Assembly (NCBI GenBank): GCA_965113315.1
Contig: OZ220367.1
Length of the DNA stretch: 64,000 nucleotides
Source: Podarcis vaucheri
Taxonomy: Eukaryota
Direction: 5' to 3' (one strand)
The position numbers and the translations under genes are program-made. Shown in pieces: positions 36,945-49,845 of the stretch. Within the stretch, counting starts at the first letter, position 1, and every line of letters starts with the position of its first letter. Under the pieces are notes generated by a model. It ran no database searches and was not told the origin of the DNA. It worked only from the letters and a program-made list of their open reading frames with translations.

Positions 36945-37946
36945 ACCTGACACATTCCATGCACAAAAGCTAACTGGATTTGGCAGTTGAATCTTACTTC
37001 CACAATGGTGACAACTTAGCATCCCCCACTACAACATTTTCTCTCCTGGCAGCCCCCTCGAATGGAGGCATGCCTGTTTTTCAGTCCTGCACTTGATGCA
37101 TAACTGAGATGGGTCTAGTGGGAGATGCCACATTGGATGCTAAAGATGAGTCATCTCAGCTCACATAGGAGTGAAAGAGTCGGTGTGTTTTAGTACACAG
37201 AATGCAGTCATCTAAGCTTCACAGCCCCATCATTCCTTTAAAGTGGGTTAGCAAACTTGCCATGCCATTTTTATTTTTTGTTTTTCAGTAAAAACTTGTG
37301 TAGTACTTTGTACTCGTGGCGACTTACTTTTATAAACTGCAGCTCGCTAGCAAGACTTATTTTGCAAAATGTGTAAAGAAAAATATTGCAAGCGATAAAA
37401 AGTGCTTATTGGCAAAGATAAACATTAAAATGTGTGCAAATGAATACATAGACATGTTTCAGGGGGAAAATCAATGCACAGATTACATCAAATGAAGGTT
37501 TGTAAGAAATATGCAAATAACAAATTGGTGGGATAAATTTCTCCAAGGGATTATGCAAACACTGAATGTGCTTACAGTGCAACCTCACTTCCTTTAAAAT
37601 GCAACTTGTGATGAATGGGTGCATATAATATTTGAATAGTAATTTGAAATTAATATTATTCTTACCTTATAAAGCATTTGGGGGAGGGAGGAAAGAGAGA
37701 ATTGAACTAGTGCAGATGTACTCAGTATGCATGAAATTTCTATTTAGTCTGGAAAATTTCAAAGAGACAGATAATAACCATTTGCTGGAATTGTAATTAC
37801 TGTCACCATTTGTAAAGCATTTATGTAAAGTACTAAACTATTGGCTAACCATGTGCAAACTCTCTGCATCTTGTTAAATAGCAAATCATAAAATTAAAAA
37901 TTCCCCACACAGTGCTGGTAAAAGAAGCTAGCTTAAAAGACTACTA

Positions 37947-38519
37947 CCGTATTTTTCGCCCCATAGGACGCACCTAGTTTTTTTGGGGGGGAATAAAGGG
38001 GGAAAAAATTCCCTTTATTTCACCCCCAAAAGCAGGTCGGGGAAACAGAACCAGGTCGGGGAACAGCGGGATGGCGGCGCTGCGCCTCCCTGCTGTCCCC
38101 CGAGCTTGTGGGGCTGGCCGATGTCTGCCCCGTGTGAGGGGCGCTCTGCATCAGGGCGCCCCCCCCTGCATGGCGGCAGGCTGCTATCCACAGCGTGGGG
38201 AGCCTTGCCGGGAACTCCTGCAAGGCTCCCCACGCTGCGGATGTCTGCTTGGCGCGGGGGGCGCTCTGCTTCAGGGCGCCCCTCTCGCCGGGCAGCAGGC
38301 TGCTATCCGCAGCCTAGACATCCCTGCCAGACCTCCCACAGGGCTGCCTAGGCTGCGGATGTGTTCCTGAAGCCTGGAGAGCGAGAGGGGCTAGTGCGCA
38401 CCGACCCCTCTCGCTCTCCAAGCTTCAGCAAAAGCCTGCATTCGCCCCATAGGACGCACCCAGATTTCCCCTTCATTTTTGGAGGGGAAAAAGTGCATCC
38501 TATAGGGCGAAAAATACGG
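37947..38519 (-). mobile_element. Tc2/pogo-type MITE with GC-rich interior
   Basis: TIR CCGTATTTTTCGCCC, TA TSD; ends homologous to 28371-28746 in opposite orientation. Confidence 0.9.
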
Positions 38520-39309
38520 TATATTTCCTTATGGATGGTTCTGCTGCTATTTGTAACATGTCTTATGGCTGTGGTCGAGCGATATGCCATTTCTCTTCAC
38601 AACAACCCTGTGAGATCTCTGAGCCTAATTCACATTAGTGTTTAAAACCTTAAATAACTTAAGCCCCCAATAAATGAAAGACTGTTATCATCAGATGCCG
38701 AAGATGCATCTCTATAGCCTGGTCTTCGACACCTGAGATATGTTTCAATATTTTTTTAAAAAATATTGTATTTTTTATTTGTTGTGTCCTACCTGGGGCC
38801 TCATAGTGAAGGGTGAGTGAGAACTCTAATAAATAGTAGCAGTAGTAGTAATATGCCAAGAGTTGCTCTCTGTGTTGTGCTTACACCAAGGGTACACTAA
38901 TTTCACAGTCACCTGAGTGAAGCTAAAGGAATCATGAAGTTTCAGGGAATCTGCAGAGTTCCAGCACCTCAGGAACAGAAGAGGTGACTGTTCTATGGGA
39001 AAACCCATGGAATTGGCTACTGCCAATGTGGTTGGGTAATCTAAACATTAGTTAATAGAAACTTGTCTGATATAAAATATTCTAGGCCCAGTTTTGGCAC
39101 AGAAACTGCTTTGTTTGCCCTGTAGGATGACCTCTGTCAGGAGAGAAACAGGGGAAATGTGTCCCTGATAATTTTTTCCTCAGCCTCTCAGCAGCATTCA
39201 ATATCATCAACCATTGTATCCTTCTGGCAGTCCAAGTTGGGGGGGGGGGTTTGCACCCCTTTGCAGTAGTTCCAGTCCTACTTGGATGGTCATTTCCAGA
39301 GAGTAATAT

Positions 39310-40103
39310 TTTGGGCCCTGTGGAGCCTTCAATGTGGGTTTAATCAGGGTTGAGTTTTATCCCCTATGTTGTTTAACATCTACATGAAACCGCTGAGTGA
39401 GGTCATCTGGAGTTTTGAAGTAAGTTGTCGGCAATATGCTGATGACACACAGCTCTAATTCTCCATTCTAATTCTTCAGGTGTGGCAATGGATGAGACAT
39501 TGTCTTGCCGCAGTAATGGTCTGGATGAGAGCCAACAAACCGAAGCTCACTCCAGATAAGACTGAGGCACTTAGGGACCAGCTTGTTCAGTGGGGCAAGA
39601 TGGTTTGAGCATATAACTCTGATCCTGGCCGGACTGCACTGGTTGCCAATCAACTGAGCCCAATTCAAAGTGCTGGTTTTGACCTATAAAGCCTCAGGAC
39701 CACAATACCTCAAGGGCTGCCTCTCTCCATATGAATGGACCCAGACCCTGCAATCATTCATCTGAGGCCCTTCTTCATGTGCCCCCTCCATGAGAAGTCT
39801 GGAGGGCAGTGACGTGAGAACAGGCCTTTTCTGTGGTGGCTCCCTATTTGTGGATTGCTCTCCCTTGGAAGGCTTGCCTGGTACCTTCATTACATATCTT
39901 TAGGTGCTAAGTAAAAATGTTTCTATATAACCAGACCTTTGGCTTATTAAATTATCTATGGACTTTTAAATGTGATTGTGGATTATTGGTATGTTTGTTT
40001 TTTGTTACGTTTTTCGAGTTCTCATTTTTAATTTTTATGTTGTAAACTGCCCTGTGATCTTCAGATGAAGGGCAGTATACAAATTTAATAAATAATAATA
40101 TAA
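39310..40103 (+). mobile_element. Degenerate, internally deleted L2-clade LINE
   Basis: SPMLFNIYMKPL...QYADDTQL reverse transcriptase motif; 3' end tgtgatcttcagatgaagggcagtatacaaat followed by (TAA)n. Confidence 0.8.
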
Positions 40104-41924
40104 TTACTCTTGAGGTCATGCACAAGGTGCAGTAACAACAGAAGATATCACGCTGCCTGTTAATGTTTTCCATTAAAGTCTCAGGATGCAAGGTCTTTAG
40201 TCTTCTGAAGTGTTAAGATGTAGACACTTAAGGAGATTTATACTGAAAAGAAATTAGAGAAATTTGGCAGTGCTAATGCTGTTAAATACCCCACATCAGC
40301 TGTGTGACTGCTAGGTTCTTAAGTAATATTCAGCAAGGAAAAATACTAATGGATGAGCCAGAGAGGCACTCCCACCTTGCTTCTAAAATTAGATTTTGAC
40401 ATTAATATTATTAAAGATTGATTCATTAGCCTGAAGTACTGCAGGCACCTTTTAGGAAAGGCACATTACAGTTCTTCTACATATGGTTTGACATCTCAGC
40501 TCTAAACACATTTATTTAGAAGTATGCCCCATTGATTGCCGCAGATGCTTTTTGCCATAAGAGTGTGTTTAGGATTACAACATAAATACTTTTGCATATT
40601 TCCGTTTTTATCTTTTTAAAGAAATGTAAACACATGTCAATTAAAGCAGTACAAACTAGCAAAATTGTAGCAAAAAAGTTCATTTTATTGAACTTTTTGT
40701 TTGCCTGTGTGCATTAGAACATTTGAAGAGATACAGTTACGAATCAGAACAGATATATTCAAACAGGCAATAGTGTTTCTTTTGTAAAATTAACAAAAGT
40801 ACATATATTTACACAAAGCTATAATATTAACATCTGCCATTTCATGATGTAGTACCGATTCTACGTTAGTCAATAAGACCTTCTGTTTTAATACACTAGT
40901 AGGTTTCCTGGATGTTATTGCTATTATGAAATTGGACATTTGTTAATTTAAAGCCTTCTTTCAGGGGGTTCAGCCTGGGTTTCAACATACTCTTTATACC
41001 TGTGAATTTAGATACTATGAAGAATAGTAACTTTGCAAAAGCCATTCAGGCTACTGTCATTATGGAAAGTGCATTGTTAATACCCAAGGTGTTCTATATA
41101 AACTGGTTTCCCAAAATAATTTGCAGCATTTCTGTCGCAATTTGTAGCCCCAGTCCAAATATTAAAGTGTTGTTGTTTTCTGTACTTATTTTTCATTGTA
41201 TTTTGTTGCTGGCATCTGTCTGTCTCGAGAAACAATGGAAGAGTGTGCCATTGGCTGTAAACTTGAACCATTGGAGAGTTAGGGCAACTGCTTTGTTTGT
41301 AGAGACCAATACGAAAAAGACATATTTTCTGTGATAGCTGTCTTCCATGAGTTGTTGACCTTCACAGCCAGCAGACATGGTTCTGACATTCTAGCTTGCT
41401 AGGCACAAGGAGATTTGTTTCTTTTCTTTGTTGCCTGGTACAGTGGTTCAGTCTGCTTGTCATGTGATACTCTGAGTTCCAAGCACCCATTGAAGTAGAC
41501 AGACAGTGGTGGGTCAGCAGCTTATTGACTGGGGGCACCAGGAAGACACAATGATCTCTGCCACCAACAAAGGCAACCATGACACTTGTACTTTATGCCA
41601 AACAGGTTGCTCTTATAACTGCTAGCTCCTGTGTTGGTTTTGCTGTTTTAGCAGCGCCGCAGTGATCTCTCTGGGACACAAGCCTGGGTGCAGTTTATAT
41701 GGAAGTCCTGGACTGCCCAGACAACAAGACCCCCCTGTTGGCCTTGCTGGTGTAGTCCAAAGGAAAGCAAAACAGTACAGTTGGCACCAGCTTGGCTGCA
41801 TGAGTTTTATGATCTCAGCCAGTCAGGGATCAAATAGTAAAGTTGATGGTGTAACAGCATGGTCAAGTCAAGAAAGTAGCATTAGGGGAGTGCTCTTCGA
41901 CACCCTAGCAACTGCGCTATGGGG

Positions 41925-42060
41925 TTACACAGGGGACGACTTTGTCTCCAATGCTATTTAACACCTATATGAAGCCACTGGGAGTGATCATTAGGAGTTT
42001 TGGAGCATGGTGCCATCAGTATGCTGATGACACACAGCTCTACTTTTCCATAACATCTGA
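41925..42060 (+). mobile_element. L2-clade RT fragment
   Basis: QGTTLSPMLFNTYMKPLG...HQYADDTQLYFS. Confidence 0.8.
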
Positions 42061-44036
42061 ATCAATCTGTGCTGTCAATCTATGCAGTGTAAATGATGTG
42101 CTCTCTCTTGTCCTGTCAAGTTGGAGTCCAAAGTGATAGTATTCTCTCAGAGGAGCAACAGAACTCTCTTATGCTACACAGGTGTGAGCAAGTCTACACA
42201 GGTGTCATGGAGTACCACATGACTATTGTTGTCAAGGATTGTCACTTGATAGTTTGGCTGGTTTCGTTGTACTTTACTCCTTTGATTGGCATTAGGTGAT
42301 ACCAGCATACAAAGCAGAAACCCTACCTGATACTCTTAAGATCTAGCTTCAAGAGCTTCTGTGGGGCTGAGTTCTTGCTGACAGCAGCCTAATGCCCATT
42401 TTTTCCCTTTAAAGCAGGGTTGAGATGGGGCAGGACAAGCTAGGGATCAAAATGAATAATAAAGAATATATTTCACCACAGACAACTCTATATTTACACC
42501 CTCCTGCTCTACCTTCCAAATGTCAGGTGCCATCAATATATCTGAGATGTCCTCTTCTTGCTGTCCTCTTCATCTCTTCAAGAGTTTCCATCTTTTTGAT
42601 TATTTCAAACTTGGATCAGCAACATACCAAATTGTCTAGTCAGCAGCACTTCCTTCCAACTCCACCATTTTCTCCTGACCCAACTCACAATATTCCTAAA
42701 CCTGCCGAAGGCCCCAGAGTACAGCACCATCATAAGGAACTGATTATTGCAGCAAATTTAAATTGATGCAAGTTTAATCTGTCTAGTACAAATGAGATTT
42801 TCCCATAACTTTCCTTTTATTGTAGTAATTTAAGTTAATGAAGATGAATGGAAGTGGAGTGAAATGGCCTCCCAAAAGTGTGGGGAAGGGATATGGAAAT
42901 ACCCAATTGTTGCAAATATTTAATGGATGAGAGTGAAATTAGTCAGGTGTATAGTGTGCTGATCTATACCAATCAGACAGATGTCTGTCCATAATAAGAC
43001 CCAAACTAGAAAACCTTTGGTGCATGAATTTAGCACTAGAGCACTTCCATTAACTATGATTAATCATAGGAACTTGAAACCTCTATGACTCCAATAATCC
43101 ATGGTGCCACTTTAAGAAATGAGGACTTCCACCCACTGTTAATTGGAGCTCCTCCTTCCTTTTCACTCAATTTAATCTCTAGCTTGGCTACCGGGGTCCC
43201 CACTACTCCACTGCAACCTCTTGTGGCTCCTTGTTTAAAAATGTTTAATACATTGGATCTGATCAAACAGTACAGCAAATGCCCAATTTGTTTTTCAGTT
43301 TATCACAAGCAGAAAACAGGAAGAGCAAAGACAACCCCTTGTTTAAGGTTTTGTTATGGCCTTTCTGTTGTAATCCCCCCCATTCAATTAGGGGGGCAAA
43401 TCTCTTTTTAATGGCCTTTGCTGCAGCATATATGTTGTAACAATAGATGTCCCTAAGTAGAGCCTGTTTTTCTTCCTCCTTTATAGGGCAGCAAGATAGC
43501 GAAATAGCAGCATAATAAAGAACAGAACATCTGCTGCTGCAAAAAAATGGCAGCTCTCTCGGTTGAATAGAACTTAGGGCTTCTCTGTAGAGTCACTCAC
43601 ATTTTCCAGTGACTATAACATAGTATCTCATCTGTACATAAGGCAAGCAGGGAGAATATAAAGTTCTGTTTATCACATTCTCTTAAGCTTGCTAGACGGA
43701 CAGGACAAGACAAGTCAACCCCTTCCAAAGAACTAGAAAACACATGAACATGTGGGGAAGAGTCATAGATCAGAAGTGGAAAGTATGTTCTGCATGCAGG
43801 AGGTTCAAGGTTCAATCCCTTGCATCTCTTTGTAGGGCTGGGAGAAATCCCAGGCAGTGTAGACAATACAGTTTTCATAAGGCGACCACCAAACTGTGCC
43901 GAATAAATCAAGGAAATTGCTGCTGCCAGATACAAATTCCCAGGTTATATATTGCACTACTCACACAAGTGGGTCTCTTGCACAGTGGAAGAGCATCTGC
44001 TTTGCATACAGAAGGTCCCAGCCTCAATTTCTAGCA

Positions 44037-44172
44037 CAGGCATAGGCAAACTTGGCCCTCCAGATGTTTTGAGACTACAATTCCCATCATCCCTGACCAC
44101 TGGTCCTGTTAGCTAGGGATGATGGGAGCTGTAGTCCCAAAACATCTGGAGGGCCAAGTTTGCCTATGCCTG
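44037..44172. mobile_element. Palindromic hAT MITE inserted into a tRNA-derived SINE (~43975-44295)
   Basis: TIR CAGGCATAGGCAAACTTGGCCCTCCAGATG, near-perfect fold-back; TSD ttctagca/ctctagca (7/8). Confidence 0.9.
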
Positions 44173-46121
44173 CTCTAGCATCTCTCAGTAGAGCTGAGAG
44201 AAACTCCATCCCAGAGAGCCATTACCAACCACTGTAGAGAATACTGAGCTAGACTGACCAATTGGTCTGTCTTAAGGCAGTTTCTTGTGTTCCTAGATCC
44301 TGCTAAACAAAAGGACCATGAAATGGTGTGGTATTTCTGCCTTTGCTCAGTGAAGTTTACTGAAGTTGTACAGCAAGGACCATGCGCACTCCATCTGAAA
44401 AAAAAAGTTTCTTAAATAAATGTTGCACAGATACTAATTGCTTCACACATACATTGAACCCTCCAGAGCCAGGTCACTCTTACAACCCCTAGTGTGTGTC
44501 AGTTTCCCAAGATACAACATATTATACTTTGCTGAGAAAATGTGATCACCCCAGAACACAATTTTCTTCATCAATCCAATCTTGAAGTGCAATCTCAAGG
44601 GGCAAATGGACAACGATGCACAACAAAAAAGAAGCAAATATAGATTTCTTATGTAGTGAATGGATTGTAGGGAGAGGTCTTGTATGTGCCCTTTACAGTG
44701 CGTTCTCATTATTTAAATACCCTTGCTGACCCAGTGACTATTCACATACTATGAACTCGGCTGCATGACACTTTTATGTTCAGTATACCCATTTCTGAGT
44801 GCCAAGTTTTATCGTATCTGAAGTCACTTTCTAAAGCAATGCATTTTCCTGGCTCCATGTTGCATTTTAGGAAAACTGGGCAGCTTTCCAAAGGAACAAT
44901 AATGCACTGGTTCACCTTGACTTACAGGAAAATTTAACCAGCTTCAGGGTTTTCTCTGCATTTTTATACTTTCTATAAAGTACTCATTGGAAGCATTTTG
45001 TGGCCTTTGAATTGCCCATTCTCCCTTTGGCTAGCACATGAAGGGATATTGAAGGTAGGTTGGCATGTCTGAGATCTCTTCCTGGCAGCCCCTACACATG
45101 TTTATATTCCATATTCGGACACGGTGCCTGAATAGGACCAGCGAGATTATTGTGATGTACTAACTTTGAGTATACATCTGGGAGAGGCAAAGGTGTGAAC
45201 GCAGCCTCGACATCATAAATGTTTCTTTCATGTCTTTATCAAATACTGTTGACACCCATTGGTGCTTTACTGCATCACCTGCAAACAGGATGGGTTTGAT
45301 CCATTTTTTAGCACTATTTTAAGGGGAAAGATTGGGAAATGTTTACTCTCTCAGAGACTTCAGAATGCCAAATGGGCTCTGGGTTCCCATATATTGAGTC
45401 ACACTACCGACCTCTCTAGCCCAGTTTTGCCTACTTAGAATGACAGAGCCTTTCCAATATGCCAGTGAGAACCTGCTCAGTCCCTACCTTTGTTAACTGA
45501 GCTTCTTTCAAATGGGAACGAGCTGGAAATGTTTTGCAAGCATAACATGTGCTCTTTCATATTTCTGGGCTACTATTCACATGTATTCAGCCCACTACTT
45601 TGAACTATAGTAGGAGTGTGTGTGGGGAGAGAGAGAGAGAGAGATGTTTTGAATATTTTCCGAAACAGAGATCTCCAAATCTGCAGTTTGAATGTCTCAG
45701 TTTGTTGTTTGACTCTCCAATCCTCCTCGCAATTTAGCTCTACACCAGAGTACTTTCAGCTCTGGCAAAGACCTAAGAGGGGATATGAGGACTTTCAGGG
45801 GATGGGAGAAAGTCTCATCATTTTCAGGCAGGTATGGGATTAGCTTTAAAGATGAGGTGGCCAAGTTGTTCTATTTTACAAGGAAAACAAAAAAATTGCC
45901 ACCACTTCAAGTGTTAGTGAAGATGTCCTGCCACGGAGGATGCAGTGTTCCCTTCTAAGTTGAAATAGAATGCCCCATGAGCTCAACTCTATGTCAGCAG
46001 GGAAATGGCCAATTGCACTGGCCAGTGGCAATGATAGCACTTCCAGCACTTGAATGTCTCATGCAGCATGAATGCCAAGGAAAACAGCTTGAATAAGGCA
46101 GATCTTCCCCTTACAGAAAAC

Positions 46122-46611
46122 AGAAAAAGATCACCAGTGTTGAAGCAATGTTTCCTCAACATCAGCTTCATTGGACTGGTCATGTTGTCCGGATGCCTGG
46201 ATGATCGTCTTCCAAAGCAACTACTCTATTCCGAACTTAAAAATGGAAAGCGTAATGCTGGTGGTCAACAAAAGAGGTTTAAAGACTCAAGGCAAATCTT
46301 AAAAAATGTAGTATAAACACTGACAACTGGGAAACACTGGCCTGTGAGCGCTCCAGTTGGAGAACAGCCTTTACCAAAGGTGTCATGGGCTTTGAAGACA
46401 CTTAAACTCAGAACGCAAGGGAGAAACGTGCTAGGAGGAAGGCACACTTGGCAAATCCACACCGTGATCAACTCCTGCCCGGAAACCAATGTCCCCACTG
46501 TGGAAGGACGTGTGGATCCAGAATTGGCCTCCACAGTCACTTACAGACTCATTGTTAAAACCGTATTTATGGAAGACAATCTTGACTACGAGTGATCACC
46601 AAAGAAGGAGG
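46122..46611 (+). mobile_element. RTE-clade LINE 3' fragment
   Basis: Frameshifted WTGHVVRM..DDRLPKQLLYSELKNGKR...RFKD and terminal CPHCGRTCGSRIGLHSHLQTH zinc finger; TSD acagaaaac. Confidence 0.88.
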
Positions 46612-47734
46612 ACAGAAAACTAGCCCAGAACAGTTTCTTCCAACGAGGATGGAAGCATCTACAAAATAGGCACAGCACTCACTGCCTTCTGGTAGGTGCT
46701 ATACCTGCTATGTTATTAAAGGGAGATCCCTAGGGAAAGGAAGGGGGAATGTTTTTGCCTTCTTTTATCTTCCAAGGCACTTTAACACACTGAACCATTC
46801 TGATAGTTCTCCAAGGCAATGAAAGGGTGGTGCTTTGTCCTTGCTGCCTCAGAGACTTTCCCTAACAGACTGTATACTGGGTTCTACACCTGATGAGGGA
46901 AGGTTTTGACCCACTGAGGGTCAAAAAACAACAGCATAAAAACAGCAGCACATCATTCTGTTTCAGAATAAGAGACCTTCTGATGGTATGGTGGGCCTAG
47001 CACATTGCCTGTGTTGCAGCTCTTTGCATTAGTATGAGAGTGGACTGGTTTTTTTAACTTCCCCTTAGCGGATTAGAACATGACAGTAGAGAATTGCAGA
47101 AGCTTTACTGATTCACACTGACATTTTGGTGGAGCAGAATGAGTTCATTCTGTTGAAACCTCACATTCTTTCACCTGTCCCTCAATATATGCCACTGCTT
47201 TGTAATTTAAAACGGCTGCAGGCCTGCAGTTTCAAGAGTAAGCCCCTCATGAATACACATATATTTACAGTCTAAGGTGTGAACCTCGTTTTTTGAGTTA
47301 AACGTATGAAATAAACAGTGTGTTCACTTCTCATTTTTCATTTTTGTGCTATTGCTTTTCAAGCCAACCTTGTGTTATCTTCAGGCTGTTTTGAATTACC
47401 ACCTTATGTGCTCTGAAGAGGCTTCACTATTTTATGGCACTTTTTTGCTTTGAAGCAGCAAAGCGGAATATTCCTAAGTTTCAATTGCCTTCTGAATAAT
47501 GAAATTATGAAGGAAAAAGAAATTATCATAATATATGGGGGGGGTGCATTTGGTAAAGTCCCATCAATTTGGCCTTAGCAGCATTTCCTAATTTTGGAGG
47601 TGCCCAATGATTCAGTGAACTCTGCGAACTGCCCATTCTCGTAATGTTTTAACTAAACCTGTGCCAAATGTTCATTCACAAACATTTTGGGGACTAAAAG
47701 GGGACTATTAGGGACTTTCAATGAAAGCAATTGT

Positions 47735-48075
47735 TGGAAGGCTCACAAAAGACAAAAGGAAGTATCTCTTCACTCAGCACATAGTTAAACTGTGGAATAC
47801 AGTCCCCACAAGATGTAGAGATAGCCACCAAGTTTGATGGCTTGGAAAGAGGATTAGACAAATTCATGGAGGATAAGACTATCATGGGCTACTAGCCAAA
47901 ATGGCTATATTCTGACTCCACTGTCAGAGGTCGTATGCCTCTGAATTCCAGTTGTTGGGGAATCATAGGTAGATCACTGTTGCTTGTGGGCTTTCCCATA
48001 GGCATCTGGTGGGCATTGAGTTCAGGTTGATGGACTAGTTGGGCCATTAGTCTGATCCAGGAGGGTTCTTATGTC
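47735..48075 (+). mobile_element. Old CR1 3' fragment
   Basis: gacaaaaggaagta..ttcactcagcacatagttaaactgtggaat...ggattagacaaattcatggagg; a related remnant lies at ~19740-19985. Confidence 0.65.
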
Positions 48076-49461
48076 CTGCCTCTCTTGTGTTTCCAAAAAT
48101 GTTTCCAATCTCCCCAAATCATTCTGTGCCTCTTTTCACTTCTGTTTGTTAGTGTTCACAGTTTTCCTCCCTCTCCTCTGCGCTTCAGCACCATTTTCCC
48201 ATCTTCTTTACTTCCCTGAACTCTCACAGCCAGTTATGTAATGAACATGATGTCACATACCACAAAGCCAATCAGATTCTGACTCCCCGTGTGCTTTTGT
48301 GCAGGAGAGTGTTTTGCCCCTCCTTCATGGAGGAAGAAACATCATCCTACTTCATGCAACATGACCAATGGGAGGGCAGCATGGCTAAGTTACTTTGGAT
48401 GATCATGTCTTACTTTTTCAGCCCAGCCACCCAACTTCTGACAAGAAAAAATTAGATGGCAGGAATTTTTTTAATGATTTCATTTCCATAATTGGTCATT
48501 GGAAGGCTCTTGGAACTTGTCCAGAGTGTGGCTTCCTTAATTAACATCCATCCATCTTTCAAACCATTTCACCTTCTAAGTAACGAATAAATATTGCTAT
48601 GTACAACATATAAATGAATAATTGGGGGGAATGGAGCACTGCTAACCATGCCATCTCCCCTCCTCCCCACCACACTGATGCCACAACACAGAAACTTATT
48701 TGAATAAGTCCCGTTATTCATTCAAATCAGAATCTGCAGCAAGGCAATAGCAAACAAGGACAAGTATGGCCACTACTGAACTAATCTACTTTGCCTCCAT
48801 CTGACTCAAGGTACCGACCCAGCAGAGTGGATCAACATCTGTCATAAACACCCTCCCATAAAGCCAGGCCAAGGGATCTGTGCTTGCCCTATCTATAACT
48901 TCTGGTCAGCATTCAACTAATGGATTTTCTGGGCCAAAGTGTGCTCCCATTCTCTCAAGCCAGCCAGGAATAAGAGGGAGGCTGGGTTAGCATCCATTCA
49001 CCCGCAAATGACTCGAGCAGTTCACCAAATCATATTCACTTCACATCTGTGGCCCGTACTGCCCACCCTAAAGAAACAAAGTAACATCACCCACAATCGA
49101 AAATAACAACAGTGAGTGGTAAATGAAAAGGGTCAATTTAGGGACACCCAAAAAATTCCCCCTGGCACCTGCCTCAGCCTTCACTATCAACCTAGGATGG
49201 TGGGTGAGTAGCTGCACTGAGGGAAAGGATCTGAGAAATAGGTGGGGCCACCATTCTGCCCTTGTGCGGGACGGTGGGGGAATAATATAAAGAAAACTGT
49301 GAAGGCAACCAATCTGGCCTCTTTGTAGCATGACTTCAATTCACTGTAATGTATGCAGTGAAACCCAGGCTTTGCAGTCAGGGACTTGGGACCAAACTAC
49401 CAAGGTCTTATGCCACATCAGTTTAGCCTTACAAATTACATTTTGGTAACATAACATAACA

Positions 49462-49845
49462 GGGACGCGGGTGGCACTGTGGTCTTAAACCACTGAGCCT
49501 AGAGCTTGCTGATCGGAAGGTCGACGGTTTGAATCTCCGCGACGGGGTGAGCTTCCGTTGCTTGGTCCCGGCTCCTGCCAACCTAGCAGTTTGAAAGCAC
49601 GTCAAAGTGCAAGTAGATAAATAGGTACCGTTCTGGTGGGAAGGGAAACCCCATTTCCATGCGCTGCTCTGGTTTCGGTGTTCCATTGCCCCAGAAGCAG
49701 CTTAGTGATGCTGGCCACATGACCAGGAAAAACTGTCTGCGGACAAACGCCGGCTCCCTCAGCCTGTAAAGTGAGATGAGCGCCGCAACCCCAGAGTTGT
49801 CTGTGACTGGACTTAACTGTCAGGGGTCCTTTACCTTTTCCTTTT
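49462..49845 (+). mobile_element. Sauria SINE, full length
   Basis: gggacgcgggtggc head to ggggtcctttacctttt tail. Confidence 0.9.

Noticed and set aside
40965-41334. Hydrophobic ORF as the terminal GPI-signal exon
   Set aside because: The phase-1 frame from the nearest acceptor stops after 13 codons; the hydrophobicity reflects T-richness
46890-46930. CTGATGA followed by a hairpin, as a third hammerhead
   Set aside because: No GAAA core or closing helices in the correct positions
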